This document shows, piece after piece, positions 41,227 to 51,638 of a DNA stretch of 64,000 nt. The notes beneath the pieces were generated by a model. That model worked only from the letters and a program-made list of their open reading frames with translations, ran no database searches and had not been told where the DNA came from. The DNA is from a bacterium (GTDB lineage: Bacteria > SAR324 > XYD2-FULL-50-16 > G965216635), in the NCBI GenBank assembly GCA_965261475.1, contig OZ253454.1, positions 1,378,001 to 1,442,000 on the forward strand, read 5' to 3'. The position numbers were made by a program, and so were the translations under genes. How positions within the stretch are numbered: position 1 is the first letter of the stretch; every line of letters begins with the position of its first letter.

Positions 41227-42387
41227 TTAAAAAGCTTGCTCTAAATCTGCAATTAGGTCTGAGACATCTTCTATGCCTACAGAAATCCGAATCAAATTAT
41301 TGTTAACCCCGACTTTTTCCCTCATTGCTTTTGGAATAGAAGCATGCGTCATAGTCGCAGGATGTTCTATAAGACTCTCTACCCCACCAAGACTCTCAGC
41401 TAAAGTAAAAATTTTTAATCTAGATAAAAAATTTTTACTAGCTTGCATACCACCCTTCAAATAAAAACTAATCATAGAGCCATAACCTCCTAATTGTTTG
41501 GTAGCTAGCATTGTTTTTGCTAATTTAAACTGTGGATGAGATGGCATTCCAAGATAAATAGTTTTTTCTACTTGAGAATTATTCCTCAAGTATTCAGCAA
41601 TTTTTTGAGCATTTTTTTGTGCTTTTGCTACCCTAATTGCCAATGTTTTGACACCTCTTAATACCAACCAAGAATCCCATGGGGCGTGACAAGGACCTAT
41701 AGCATTGTGTAAGAAAAATAAGCGCTCTCTAATTTCTTTGCTATTTGTCATAGCAACACCCACAATGACATCACTATGTCCATTGATATATTTTGTTGCA
41801 GAATGCATCACTATGTCTGCTCCTAACTCCAAAGGATTGAGTAGATAAGGACTAAGCATAGTATTATCAACAACAACTAAACTATTTTGTTTTTTAGCAA
41901 ATTTAACAATTTTTTGTATATCACACAAAGAAAGTAACGGATTGGTCAAGCTTTCTAGCCAAATCATTGCTGGTTTGTAAGTTTGAATAGCTTTGTCAAC
42001 TTGCACTAAATCATTAAAATCTATATAATGAAAATCTAGTTTTCCTTGATATACCTCGTCAAACAGACGAAAACTTCCTCCATATAAATCATTACAAGAA
42101 AGTACACAAGAGTTTTTTGCTACTAACTGTAGAATTAAAGAAGTAATTGCCAATCCAGAAGAAGCAACTAAAGCGTATTCTGCTTTTTCTAAAGATGCTA
42201 AACAACTTTCTAGTCTAGTTCTAGTAGGGTTATGCGTTCGACTATATTCGTATCCTTGATGTTCTGCTGGGGCACTATGAGCAAAAGTACTGGTTTGATA
42301 AATAGGAGGAATCACAGCTCCTGTTTCCTGGTCTCGCTCACTACCAACATGAATAGCTTTTGTTGCAAATCCTAATTCTTTTTTCAT
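41227..42387 (-). CDS. Cys/Met-metabolism PLP-dependent enzyme (cystathionine gamma-synthase / gamma-lyase / beta-lyase family)
   Basis: 386 aa; typical family N-terminus (THNPTR) and PLP-lysine region (HSATKYINGHSDV). Confidence 0.7.
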   Translation of the reverse strand: MKKELGFATKAIHVGSERDQETGAVIPPIYQTSTFAHSAPAEHQGYEYSRTHNPTRTRLESCLASLEKAEYALVASSGLAITSLILQLVAKNSCVLSCNDLYGGSFRLFDEVYQGKLDFHYIDFNDLVQVDKAIQTYKPAMIWLESLTNPLLSLCDIQKIVKFAKKQNSLVVVDNTMLSPYLLNPLELGADIVMHSATKYINGHSDVIVGVAMTNSKEIRERLFFLHNAIGPCHAPWDSWLVLRGVKTLAIRVAKAQKNAQKIAEYLRNNSQVEKTIYLGMPSHPQFKLAKTMLATKQLGGYGSMISFYLKGGMQASKNFLSRLKIFTLAESLGGVESLIEHPATMTHASIPKAMREKVGVNNNLIRISVGIEDVSDLIADLEQAF

Positions 42388-42393
42388 TTTATA

Positions 42394-43359
42394 TTAAGGT
42401 AAAAAATTATTTTCCTGCATCCACTGATCGCTGTAGAGTTTATTAACGTATCTGTCACCAGAGTCACATAGTACAATCAAAGCTTTTTGCTTATGCGAAA
42501 TCTTTGTTAAAAATTCTAATGCACCAAATACCGTCATACCAGAAGAACCTCCTGCATAAATTCCTTCTTTTTGCAGCATTTGTCTCGTCATCAAAAAAGC
42601 ATCTTTATCTGAAACTTCTACCCAAGAATCGATTACAGAAAAATCAAAATTCTCAGGAATAAAATCGGCTCCTACTCCTTCTAAAATATAAGGTTTAGCT
42701 TCTGTTATTTTTCCAGTTTTTGCGTATTCTGACAAGATAGAGCCTCTGACGTCCACAGCAATAGTGTGAATTTTATTCCCTAGTTGCTCTTTTAAAAATT
42801 GAGAGCTACCACTAACTAGACCTCCCGTGCCTGCTGGAAAAAAAACTAGATCTAGCTCTCCTTTTGTTTGCTGAAAAATTTCTGGTCCTGTAGTTTTGTA
42901 ATGAGCTTCGCGGTTGAGAATGTCGTTGTATTGATCAATATAAAGCGAATTTTCTGTTTCTTGAGCAATAAGTTTAGCTACACTATAATAAGAACGTGAG
43001 TCAGTCGGCTCTACATCAGACGGACAAATAACTACTTCTGCTCCAAAATTTTTTAAAAAGGCAATTTTATCTGGCGATTGTTTATCACTAATAGTAAAAA
43101 TACAGTGAAACTTATTGACCGCTGCCCACAAAGCCATACCAATGCCTGTGTTACCAGAAGTGCAAGCAACAATAGTGCCTCCTTTTTTTAGTTTGCCTGT
43201 AGCTACTGCCTCATCTAGCATATATTTAGCAATTCTGTCTTTGTAAGAGCCACCAGGATTTAAATATTCCAATTTAACATAAATATCGTGGGGCAAATCG
43301 CTCGTTATATTTTGTAACTCTACAATTGGGGTATTACCAATAGCGTCTAGTATATTCAT
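42394..43359 (-). CDS. Cysteine synthase / cystathionine beta-synthase-like PLP enzyme (CysK/MccA-type)
   Basis: 321 aa; PLP-lysine motif (GGSYKDR), glycine loop (TSGNTGIGMA), GTGGL. Confidence 0.7.
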   Translation of the reverse strand: MNILDAIGNTPIVELQNITSDLPHDIYVKLEYLNPGGSYKDRIAKYMLDEAVATGKLKKGGTIVACTSGNTGIGMALWAAVNKFHCIFTISDKQSPDKIAFLKNFGAEVVICPSDVEPTDSRSYYSVAKLIAQETENSLYIDQYNDILNREAHYKTTGPEIFQQTKGELDLVFFPAGTGGLVSGSSQFLKEQLGNKIHTIAVDVRGSILSEYAKTGKITEAKPYILEGVGADFIPENFDFSVIDSWVEVSDKDAFLMTRQMLQKEGIYAGGSSGMTVFGALEFLTKISHKQKALIVLCDSGDRYVNKLYSDQWMQENNFLP

Positions 43360-43492
43360 CTAAAAATTATCTTTGCCTGTGCCAAGACTACATCTTTTGA
43401 AAGAAAATTGGAATATAAATTTTTATTCAAATTGATTTTACATTATTTTTATCTATAGCATATAAATGCTAAATGCAATCACCATCTACTGA

Positions 43493-44594
43493 TTAGTTAT
43501 TTTGTAGCAAATTAGCTTGAATAAAATTATCAAGCTCACCATCTAAAACAGCATCAGTATTACTGGTTTCTTCACCACTGCGGTGATCTTTGACCATTTG
43601 ATAGGGTTGTAATACATAACTGCGGACCTGGCTACCCCAGCTAATCTCTTTTTTTTCATTTTCCTTTTGCTCTTTTTCTTTTTTTTGTTCTTCTAATTGT
43701 CTTTGTACTAGAGCAGACTTTAAAATTTTCATAGCTGTAGCTTTATTTTTGTGTTGCGAGCGCTCGTTTTGACATTGGGCAGTGATACCTGTTGGTAGAT
43801 GCACAATCCGCACCGCCGAATCAGTAGTGTTAACATGCTGTCCACCAGCTCCTGTAGCACGATAGGTATCTATTCTAAGCTCAGAATCTTTAATTTCTAC
43901 TTCAAGATCTTCCTTGACTTCCGGAAAAACAAATACAGACGCAAAGGAGGTATGTCTTTTTTTATTACTATCAAAAGGAGAAATTCGTACCAAACGATGC
44001 ACTCCTATTTCTTGTTTTAGTTTACCATAAGCAAATTTGCCATGTACTTCAAAAGTTATAGATTTAAATCCTGCTTCTTCCCCTGAAGTACTTGCTAACA
44101 CACTAAAATAAAAAAAATTTTTTTCTGACCACCGAGTATACATTCTAAACAGTATCTTAACCCAATCCATAGCTTCCGTACCTCCAGACCCAGAATTAAT
44201 TTGTATGATAGCGTTATTGGGATCATGAGGGTTATGAAGATAATAAGCAATTTCTCCAGCAATGATTTTTTTGGAAAAACCTCGTACCATACTATCTAGC
44301 TCTTTCATAATTTGTGCATCAAAAACTTCTTGACACAACGCAAAAGCAGCTAAAATATCACCTTCTAAAACACAAAGCTCGTCCCAAGATTGTTGCTCCT
44401 GTTTTAAATCAGAAATTTGTTTAAGAATTTTATTTTGCTTAATCCTCGGCAGTAACCAAAAAGATTCTTGTTTTATTTGCTTTTGTAATTCTTGTAAAGC
44501 ATTCTCTACGCCCTTGGAGTCAAAGATACCTCCTCAAAGCCAATTTTCTTGCTTTTGACTTTTCAAAAATTACTTTTAAATCTTCTAACTTCAC
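43493..44594 (-). CDS. prfB: Peptide chain release factor 2, expressed through a programmed +1 ribosomal frameshift
   Basis: Frame 0 runs from GTG at 44594 through 24 codons to ...LRRYL, then in-frame TGA at 44522-44520. The +1 frame (GAC at 44521 to stop at 43493) encodes the rest of RF2 with the SPF... and GGQHVNTTDSAVR motifs. Combined product is about 366 aa; the ORF track only shows the 3' part (43493-44338). Confidence 0.8.
44519..44534 (-). other. prfB programmed +1 frameshift cassette: internal SD-like AGGAGG, then UAU CUU UGA C
   Basis: Minus-strand sequence AGG AGG TAT CTT TGA C read directly; matches the canonical RF2 autoregulatory frameshift site. Confidence 0.75.
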
Positions 44595-45142
44595 TGTGAT
44601 ATGTAGTTTAGAATATCAGAAAATTTTGCAATAATCCTAATATTTTTTATACTTTTAGCTTCTTGTTGAGACTGTGCGCCATATCCTGTTAATACTAGTG
44701 CAGCTTGGCAACCAATTTTACTCGCTACTTGCATATCTATTATTTTGTCGCCAATGAGCCAGCTATTTTTTATGTCTATAGCATATTTTTTTTTTGCCTG
44801 TTCTATAAGACCAATTTTAGGTTTTCTGCACTCACAATCTATGTTATAAGGGGGATTACCTAGTGGATGATGAGGGCAATAAAAACAATCGTCTAATTTG
44901 ACCTTAAACTCTGCAAGCAAACGGTTAATTGTTTGATAAGCACTTTTTACAAAATTTTCTGAAATAATTCCCTTTGCTACAGCAGATTGATTAGTAAGTA
45001 GTAATAATAAAAAACCTTTTTGTTGGAGGGCTTTTAACGTAGTTGCGACACCCTCAAAAAGTACAATATTTGCTAAATTATTGAGGTAGTGCTTTTCTAC
45101 TATGAGAGTACCATCTCTATCCAAAAAAACAGCAGGTTGCAT
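44591..45142 (-). CDS. gmhB: D-glycero-D-manno-heptose 1,7-bisphosphate phosphatase (HAD-IIIA, GmhB-like)
   Basis: 183 aa; HAD motif I (FLDRDGTL), zinc-binding CxH...CxC insert (CPHH...CECRKP), motif III (GDK..D). Stop codon overlaps the prfB GTG start (GTGA). Confidence 0.6.
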   Translation of the reverse strand: MQPAVFLDRDGTLIVEKHYLNNLANIVLFEGVATTLKALQQKGFLLLLLTNQSAVAKGIISENFVKSAYQTINRLLAEFKVKLDDCFYCPHHPLGNPPYNIDCECRKPKIGLIEQAKKKYAIDIKNSWLIGDKIIDMQVASKIGCQAALVLTGYGAQSQQEAKSIKNIRIIAKFSDILNYISQ

Positions 45143-45213
45143 AAATTTGTTTTTCTTTGGTAAGCTTTTTATGTTCTCTAAAAGAATAAATCATTTTTTA
45201 GAAAAAACCAATT

Positions 45214-46626
45214 ATGCTTGCAAATTTTGACTTTAGAGATAAACAAACAAAAAATATATGCCTACACATTTTAGATCTTGTGCGTCAAAATAATGGCAAG
45301 GGTTTTTTAGTTGGTGGGTGTGTACGAGATGCTTTAGTAGGAATTAGTGCTACAGACATAGATATAGAAGTCTATAACATCAAGTTAGCTAAGCTGATTC
45401 GGCTTCTTAAAGAGCACTTTGCGATTAACTTTGTCGGTAAAAGTTTTGGTGTTATCAAACTCAATCACTACCCTATAGATATTACTATTCCAAGAAAAGA
45501 AGTCAAAACAGGTCAAGGTTACAAGGGTTTTGATATTGAAACCGACCATCTCTTATCACCAAAAGAAGCTTGTGCTAGAAGAGATTTTACTATCAATGCT
45601 ATTTTATTTAACCCCCTAGAAAATACATTTATAGATATTTACAACGGCAAAAAAGATTTACAACAATATATTCTAAGACATACTACAGATAAATTTTCTG
45701 AAGATCCTCTACGCGTTTTACGGGCAATGCAATTCATTGCAAGATTTAAATTACAAATAGCACCAGAGAGTTTAAAGCTTTGTAAAAATATTGCAATCGA
45801 AAATCTTTCATCAGAGCGTATATTTGAAGAGTGGAAAAAATTAATTCTCAAAGGAAAAAAAATTTCTTGGGGTTTAAATTTTTTAAAACAATCTAATTGG
45901 TTAAAATATTTTCCAGAGCTACAAGCTCTAGACGGTTGTCCTCAATACAAAAAATGGCATCCAGAGGGAGATGTTTTTACTCATACAGGTTTTTGTATGG
46001 ATGCCTTTGTCATAGAAAGACATTTATGTCATAGCTCAAAAGAGAATTTGTTAGTAGGTCTTGGAGTCTTGTGTCACGACTTCGGCAAACCTCTAACTAC
46101 AAAAACTCATCTAGATGGAACAATCACTTCTCATCAACACGACATCCAAGGAGTAATTCCTACCATAAATTTTTTAAGCCGTCTTACCAATCAAAAAGAC
46201 ATACTTCATAAAGTTGCTTTACTAGTTCGCTATCATATGATTCCAAAAGAGCTCTATATCAATCATGCCAAAGAATCGGCTGTACTAGGATTATCCAAAA
46301 AGGCAGAGAATATTCAAAGATTGCTACGCGTTTGCAAAGCAGACAAAAATGGTAAAGGCTCAAAATACGAATGGAATTATCCCGTAGCAGATTGGCTACT
46401 ATCAAAGGCAGAAAAATTACAAGTTACAAAAACTCCACCACCACCAATTTTAAAAGGAAGACACTTAATAGCAATAGGGCTAAAGCCTAGCAAAAAATTT
46501 TCTGAACTACTAAATTTTGTCTATCAAGCTCAGCTAGATAAAAAAATTCATTCCGTATCAGAAGGAATTGCTTTTTTAAGAAAAGAAATAAAGTTTAAAA
46601 ACCAATTCCAAAACCTAAATAAATAG
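45214..46626 (+). CDS. cca: CCA-adding tRNA nucleotidyltransferase with HD domain
   Basis: 470 aa; head-domain motif GGCVRDALVG...DIDIEV and a downstream HD motif (HDFGK). Confidence 0.7.
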   Translation: MLANFDFRDKQTKNICLHILDLVRQNNGKGFLVGGCVRDALVGISATDIDIEVYNIKLAKLIRLLKEHFAINFVGKSFGVIKLNHYPIDITIPRKEVKTGQGYKGFDIETDHLLSPKEACARRDFTINAILFNPLENTFIDIYNGKKDLQQYILRHTTDKFSEDPLRVLRAMQFIARFKLQIAPESLKLCKNIAIENLSSERIFEEWKKLILKGKKISWGLNFLKQSNWLKYFPELQALDGCPQYKKWHPEGDVFTHTGFCMDAFVIERHLCHSSKENLLVGLGVLCHDFGKPLTTKTHLDGTITSHQHDIQGVIPTINFLSRLTNQKDILHKVALLVRYHMIPKELYINHAKESAVLGLSKKAENIQRLLRVCKADKNGKGSKYEWNYPVADWLLSKAEKLQVTKTPPPPILKGRHLIAIGLKPSKKFSELLNFVYQAQLDKKIHSVSEGIAFLRKEIKFKNQFQNLNK

Positions 46627-47128
46627 CATTAGAAGCAGATGCTAAATTTACTCTGCCATCAGCGTTGCTAAAAGTAACTTTTTCTCCAACATCTACTCTA
46701 TACTCTACGCCGACTTGGACAACAATAACAGAAAGATTTAAACCAGCAGAAATCCATGTGCCATTATACTTTTGTGTATCTTTTTGATCTAAAAGATTAT
46801 TGTAGGTGATTTTATTATTACTAACACCCAAACCAACAAAAGGTTTAACAATAGCAAAAAACTCCTTGCGGATACCAAAACTAGTTTCTTCAATCCGAAT
46901 AGCTTCTTTTTGTTTAGTTTGAACGCCAGCTTGCCAATCCGCTAAAAACTCTATTCCTGTAAAAGGAATAGCAAGGTCAAAACTCAAGCCATAATAATCT
47001 ACAAAGGTAATATTCTTCGAAGGGCTATCCTCAAAAGATTTACTTCCGTATTTTAATTTTATACCGGCAAAAGCAGTCCCAGAAATACTAAAACATAAAA
47101 AAATAATCAGTATCGTTCTTTTTAACAT
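46595..47128 (-). CDS. Small outer-membrane beta-barrel protein
   Basis: 177 aa; signal peptide, alternating amphipathic beta-strand pattern, C-terminal aromatic-terminal motif (...YLGFGIGF). Confidence 0.5.
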   Translation of the reverse strand: MLKRTILIIFLCFSISGTAFAGIKLKYGSKSFEDSPSKNITFVDYYGLSFDLAIPFTGIEFLADWQAGVQTKQKEAIRIEETSFGIRKEFFAIVKPFVGLGVSNNKITYNNLLDQKDTQKYNGTWISAGLNLSVIVVQVGVEYRVDVGEKVTFSNADGRVNLASASNAIYLGFGIGF

Positions 47129-47159
47129 TTTTTATTTAGATAAATTAAAAATTACATTA

Positions 47160-47879
47160 TTAAAATCCAAAATTAAATATCAGATTCGTTTCACTAGAGC
47201 TGAAATTTACTTGTCGTCCACCAAAATTTACATTTTTACTCAAATTGACTTTTTGTTCTAATGTCAAATTCAGATAACCTTTAGCATCAAAAGCAATGCC
47301 GTAAGCATACCAAGAATCCATAAAACTAACATTTTTGGATATATTCTTTATACCTGTACTTTGGTTATTTGGGTCAAATTCCGCTGAATTATATAAAATT
47401 GAAGTACTGTAAAATCCAGTTGCAATATAAGGTTGAAAAACTTTTGCAAATGTTGTGTGCAATTTAATTCCTAACTCTAGATTCATCATAGTAGCTACTT
47501 CAGGTACTTCTTGATTTACATCAATAGTTATATCACGCACTATTTGCTCTAATTCCAAACTTTCACCAGGCACTATGGTTAATCTATCATTTATTTTTTC
47601 TACTACTGCCTCTCTTACGTCTTCTGGAATTCGTACTACTCCTGCTATTCTATTTTTTCCCGCATATGCTCCAATAGTAGTGTTAAGCACAATACCAACA
47701 TGCTGCCAATCGCGAAAAAATCGCACTCCAAAGACAGATAAATTATTTAAATTTGGAGTATCACCTGTACTTTCTAGATTCAAAGCACTTTTAAAACCTC
47801 TGTTCCCTAAAATAATATCAGCTGCAAAAATATCGCTACCTACTACAAATGCCAATAAAATAAAAATAAATTTTTTCAT
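47160..47879 (-). CDS. Outer-membrane beta-barrel protein
   Basis: 239 aa; signal peptide (MKKFIFILLAFVVGSDIFA) and C-terminal ...LIFNFGF. Confidence 0.5.
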   Translation of the reverse strand: MKKFIFILLAFVVGSDIFAADIILGNRGFKSALNLESTGDTPNLNNLSVFGVRFFRDWQHVGIVLNTTIGAYAGKNRIAGVVRIPEDVREAVVEKINDRLTIVPGESLELEQIVRDITIDVNQEVPEVATMMNLELGIKLHTTFAKVFQPYIATGFYSTSILYNSAEFDPNNQSTGIKNISKNVSFMDSWYAYGIAFDAKGYLNLTLEQKVNLSKNVNFGGRQVNFSSSETNLIFNFGF

Positions 47880-47921
47880 ATATAATCTTATTACTCTGCA
47901 AGAGCATTTTACATACTAACA

Positions 47922-48182
47922 TTAGTGGAGAAAAAATAAAATATTTAAAATCAATTTTTCTAAGAGGTACAAAGAAATAATCGCAACCATAGGGCTAAAA
48001 TCCAACCCTCCTATTACTGGTACATAGCGGCGAAAAAAATTTAAAAAAGGATCGGTAATGCGATATAAATAACCTAATATAGGATGATATCCAAGAGATA
48101 GCCAAGTCAATAAAGAGCGAATAATGATTAAAAAAATATAAATTCTAATCACCTTTTGTAAAAATATAAATGCTAAAAACAT
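47922..48182 (-). CDS. YggT-family small membrane protein
   Basis: 86 aa; YggT-like pattern (IRSLLTW...ITDPFLNFFRRYVPVIGGLDFSP). Confidence 0.55.
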   Translation of the reverse strand: MFLAFIFLQKVIRIYIFLIIIRSLLTWLSLGYHPILGYLYRITDPFLNFFRRYVPVIGGLDFSPMVAIISLYLLEKLILNILFFLH

Positions 48183-48314
48183 AATAGATATCTAAATATT
48201 ACTGAGTCCAGTGACGATACATTGCAAATAACAACATACCAATCCGCTTACTTACTGCCATTCCTTACTAATTGCTAAAGAATAAACTAGAGATCAAGTT
48301 CAAACTTACAATGT

Positions 48315-50453
48315 TTATTGGAACAGTATCTCTTGATATTTGGGTAACTGCCAAAGACTATCATCTACCATAGCCTCTATAGTATCTGATAAACTACGCA
48401 CCTCACCCATGCAGGGTAAAATCTTACTTTGACTATATTTTGCTGCCTTGAGCTCTTCTTTGACATTTTTAGCATTAGCCAGTAGTTCTTTTAAACTATT
48501 ATTTTTATCAATCAAAGAATTAATAGTAACAGTTAGTTTGCTCAACTGCTCTTTTTGATTGCTCAAACTCACGCTCGGTATTCCAGCTTGCTGACTAGCA
48601 ATAATACTATTAGCAAGTTGCTCTTGTTGCTGATAACTGCTAGGCAACACCATACTATCAATTAAATTCCATAGAGTTTTAGCTTCAATACCTATAATAA
48701 TAGCATATTTTGTAAGGCGAACACTTTGACGAGATATAATTTCTGCTTTACTTAAAACTCGATATTTCTCAAACAAATCTACAATTTCTTTTTTGGAATA
48801 AACCGCAAAAGCATCTACCGAATTAGTAAAATTTGGTAAATTCCTTTTTTTTGCTTCTTTAGTCCACTGTGCAGAGTAATTATCTCCGTTAAAAACAATC
48901 CTAGAATGTTCATCCCAAATTTCTTTGATAATATGACATATAGATAAATTTTTTTCTGTTTTTTTAGCAAGTTTTTTTGTTAATTGCTCAGTTACATAAT
49001 CCATAGAATCAGCAACTATAGTATTTAGAGTAAAGTTAGGTACGGCTATGTTTTGCGAAGAACCTAAGGCTCTAAACTCAAATTTATTACCAGTAAAAGC
49101 AAAAGGAGAAGTTCTATTCCTATCAGAATCCTGTTTTGGGATAGGAGGTAGAGTATCTACAAAAAGATCAATATTACTTTGTTTATCTGAATTAAAATCT
49201 TTACCTGCTGTAAATCTATCTAAAATACTTTTGAGAGCTTGACCTAAAAAAATAGAAATAATAGCAGGAGGGGCTTCATTTGCACCCATCCTATGATCGT
49301 TCCTAGCAGAAGAAACAGAAATTTTTAGCATTTCTGCGTGTTTATCAACCGCCCTAATAATAATAGCAATGATCAAAAGAAAAATACAATTTTCTTTTGA
49401 TTGCTTGCAAGGCTCTAACAAATTTTTTCCATCAGCAGTAATAGACCAATTACAATGTTTGCCGCTGCCATTGATACCTTCAAAAGGTTTCTCGTGTAGT
49501 AATGCTTTTAAATCATATTTTTCTGCTACCTCATCTAAAATCTGCATAATTAATAAATTTTGATCAGAGCTCAAAATAGAATCTTGAAAAATAGGCGCTA
49601 TTTCAAATTGAGAAGGAGCTACTTCATTATGACGAGTCGTAATAGGAATGCCTAATCGATAGGCTTCGTTTTCAACATCTTGCATAAAACGCAGTATTCT
49701 AGGCTTGATCGAACCAAAGTAGTGATCATTTAATTCTTGTCCTTTATAGGGAGAATTCCCTATGAGAGTTCTGCCACAAGCAACTAAATCAGGACGCTCA
49801 AAATAAGTGTTTCGATCTATTAAAAAATACTCCTGTTCGACACCAATATTAATGGCAACATTTTGACAGTTTTGACCCAAAACTGTTAGCAATTTTTTAG
49901 TACTTGTTGTGAGAGCTATGCAAGAACGAAGCAATGGAGTTTTTAAATCTAAAGCCTCCCCAGTGTAAGAAAAAAATACAGAAGGAATACAAAGGGTTGC
50001 TCCAAAATCTGCATCCTTAATAAAAACGGGAGAAATAGGATCCCAAACAGTATATCCTCTCGCTTCAAAAGTAGATCTTATTCCTCCTGATGGCAAAGAG
50101 GAAGCATCAGGCTCTCCTTGAATTAACATTTTTCCAGAAAATTCCATTCTTAATTCTCCATCAGAAGATAGGTCAATAAAAGAATCGTGTTTTTCTGCTG
50201 CAGATTCTGTGAAAGGCTGAAACCAATGTGTATAATGAGTAGCTCCATGATCTAGTGCCCATTCTTTCATTGCTTTAGCAACATCGTCCGCTATTTCTGG
50301 TGCTAAACTTTGTTTGTTCGCTATAGTTTGTTCTAGTTTATTAAAAACAGATTTAGATAATCTAATTTTTCTTTCTTGCCTATTAAAAACCTTGCATGCA
50401 AAGATTTTATCTGGTCTAGAAAATTGTTTTTCCGCTTGCATTACTTTTACCAT
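48315..50453 (-). CDS. Glutamine synthetase, type III (GlnN-like)
   Basis: 712 aa, about twice the length of GSI; N-terminus and central catalytic region are characteristic of GSIII. Confidence 0.75.
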   Translation of the reverse strand: MVKVMQAEKQFSRPDKIFACKVFNRQERKIRLSKSVFNKLEQTIANKQSLAPEIADDVAKAMKEWALDHGATHYTHWFQPFTESAAEKHDSFIDLSSDGELRMEFSGKMLIQGEPDASSLPSGGIRSTFEARGYTVWDPISPVFIKDADFGATLCIPSVFFSYTGEALDLKTPLLRSCIALTTSTKKLLTVLGQNCQNVAINIGVEQEYFLIDRNTYFERPDLVACGRTLIGNSPYKGQELNDHYFGSIKPRILRFMQDVENEAYRLGIPITTRHNEVAPSQFEIAPIFQDSILSSDQNLLIMQILDEVAEKYDLKALLHEKPFEGINGSGKHCNWSITADGKNLLEPCKQSKENCIFLLIIAIIIRAVDKHAEMLKISVSSARNDHRMGANEAPPAIISIFLGQALKSILDRFTAGKDFNSDKQSNIDLFVDTLPPIPKQDSDRNRTSPFAFTGNKFEFRALGSSQNIAVPNFTLNTIVADSMDYVTEQLTKKLAKKTEKNLSICHIIKEIWDEHSRIVFNGDNYSAQWTKEAKKRNLPNFTNSVDAFAVYSKKEIVDLFEKYRVLSKAEIISRQSVRLTKYAIIIGIEAKTLWNLIDSMVLPSSYQQQEQLANSIIASQQAGIPSVSLSNQKEQLSKLTVTINSLIDKNNSLKELLANAKNVKEELKAAKYSQSKILPCMGEVRSLSDTIEAMVDDSLWQLPKYQEILFQ

Positions 50454-50549
50454 TTTTATTCATCAAATTTATTTATCTACAAAAAAAATCTTTCAATATT
50501 GTTTTATGTTAACAGCGAGAGTCCATATCCTACTTAATAATTAAAACAG

Positions 50550-50993
50550 TTATTTTAGCTGCCAAATATCTTGCCACTTTCTATCCGCAAATTGAATAAA
50601 ATAGGTTTTGTTAGCTAACCATTTCTTGCGAAGCTCCAAATCATAATTCAAATATAGTTTTTCATCAACAATACTCCAAGATTCTGGTATGCTAGAAGCG
50701 AATACACCTTTGGACATAGCGTAGGCACAAAAACCTCCATATTGAGGTGCATATTTTTCAGGATTCTTTTTAAATAATTCTAGATTCTTTTGATTAGCAA
50801 ACTTCCATTTTGCACCTTTCCATTCATAGCTAAAAGCACTATCTCCTTGTACAGGTTTAGCATCTAAAAAATAAGCTACGGAATCATATCCATTGATTGC
50901 TACTTTCAAGAAAGACGAATAAACCCTATCTTTGGCACTAATCACTTGGAATAAGCCAAAAAATAACAAACAAAATAAAAAATTTTTTACCAT
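50550..50993 (-). CDS. Secreted YHS-domain protein
   Basis: 147 aa with signal peptide; GYDSVAYF motif typical of YHS domains. Confidence 0.45.
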   Translation of the reverse strand: MVKNFLFCLLFFGLFQVISAKDRVYSSFLKVAINGYDSVAYFLDAKPVQGDSAFSYEWKGAKWKFANQKNLELFKKNPEKYAPQYGGFCAYAMSKGVFASSIPESWSIVDEKLYLNYDLELRKKWLANKTYFIQFADRKWQDIWQLK

Positions 50994-51053
50994 AAATTAC
51001 ACTTAATCATCACAGTAACACTATTGCTTTTTTAAAAACATCAAATTTGTAAA

Positions 51054-51638
51054 TTAAACATAACGAAGTAATTTAACTTTGCGATTGATTTGCAGCATAA
51101 CACTATCAATATTAGATTGCAAGTAAGTACGCCCAAAATCCCTTTGCATTTGTTGTAACAGGTCCTGTACAATTAGTACATCTCCTAAAGCACGATGTCT
51201 TTTGGTAGTTTTAATACCCAATCTGTCTACAACGCTGTCTAATCCGTGCTTTCTAAAAATAGGATATACTCTTTGAGATAGTTTTAAAGAACACAAAATC
51301 TTAGGATTGTATTTTATCTTCAATCTACAAAACTCCTTTTGTAAAAATTCTAAATCTATAAAAGCATTATGAGCTATAAGTAACTTTCCTTGTAAAATAT
51401 CAAATAACTCTTGTGATATTTTTTGAAATTTGGGTGCATTTTCTACCATTTTATTGGTAATACCAATATATCCTTGAATAAATTTTGAAATTCTTCTGTC
51501 GGGATTGATCAACCTTTCCCACTCCATAACCTTTTTGCCATTCTTAAAAACAACCAAACCGACCTCAATAATTCTGGCATTCCTAGGAACTCCATCAGTC
51601 GCTTCTATGTCTAAAATCACTGAATTATCAAAGATCAT
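51054..51638 (-). CDS. DnaQ-like 3'-5' exonuclease (DNA pol III epsilon family), standalone
   Basis: 194 aa; Exo I (ILDIEATD), Exo II ([13 protein letters not shown]), Exo III (HRALGD) motifs. ATG overlaps the dnaJ stop (ATGA). Confidence 0.6.
   Translation of the reverse strand: MIFDNSVILDIEATDGVPRNARIIEVGLVVFKNGKKVMEWERLINPDRRISKFIQGYIGITNKMVENAPKFQKISQELFDILQGKLLIAHNAFIDLEFLQKEFCRLKIKYNPKILCSLKLSQRVYPIFRKHGLDSVVDRLGIKTTKRHRALGDVLIVQDLLQQMQRDFGRTYLQSNIDSVMLQINRKVKLLRYV

Noticed and set aside
43360-43492. Possible SAM or T-box leader upstream of the cysK-like/metB-like genes
   Set aside because: The region is about 130 nt of AT-rich sequence without the conserved GC-rich helices or a terminator/antiterminator pair; too short and featureless to support a riboswitch call.
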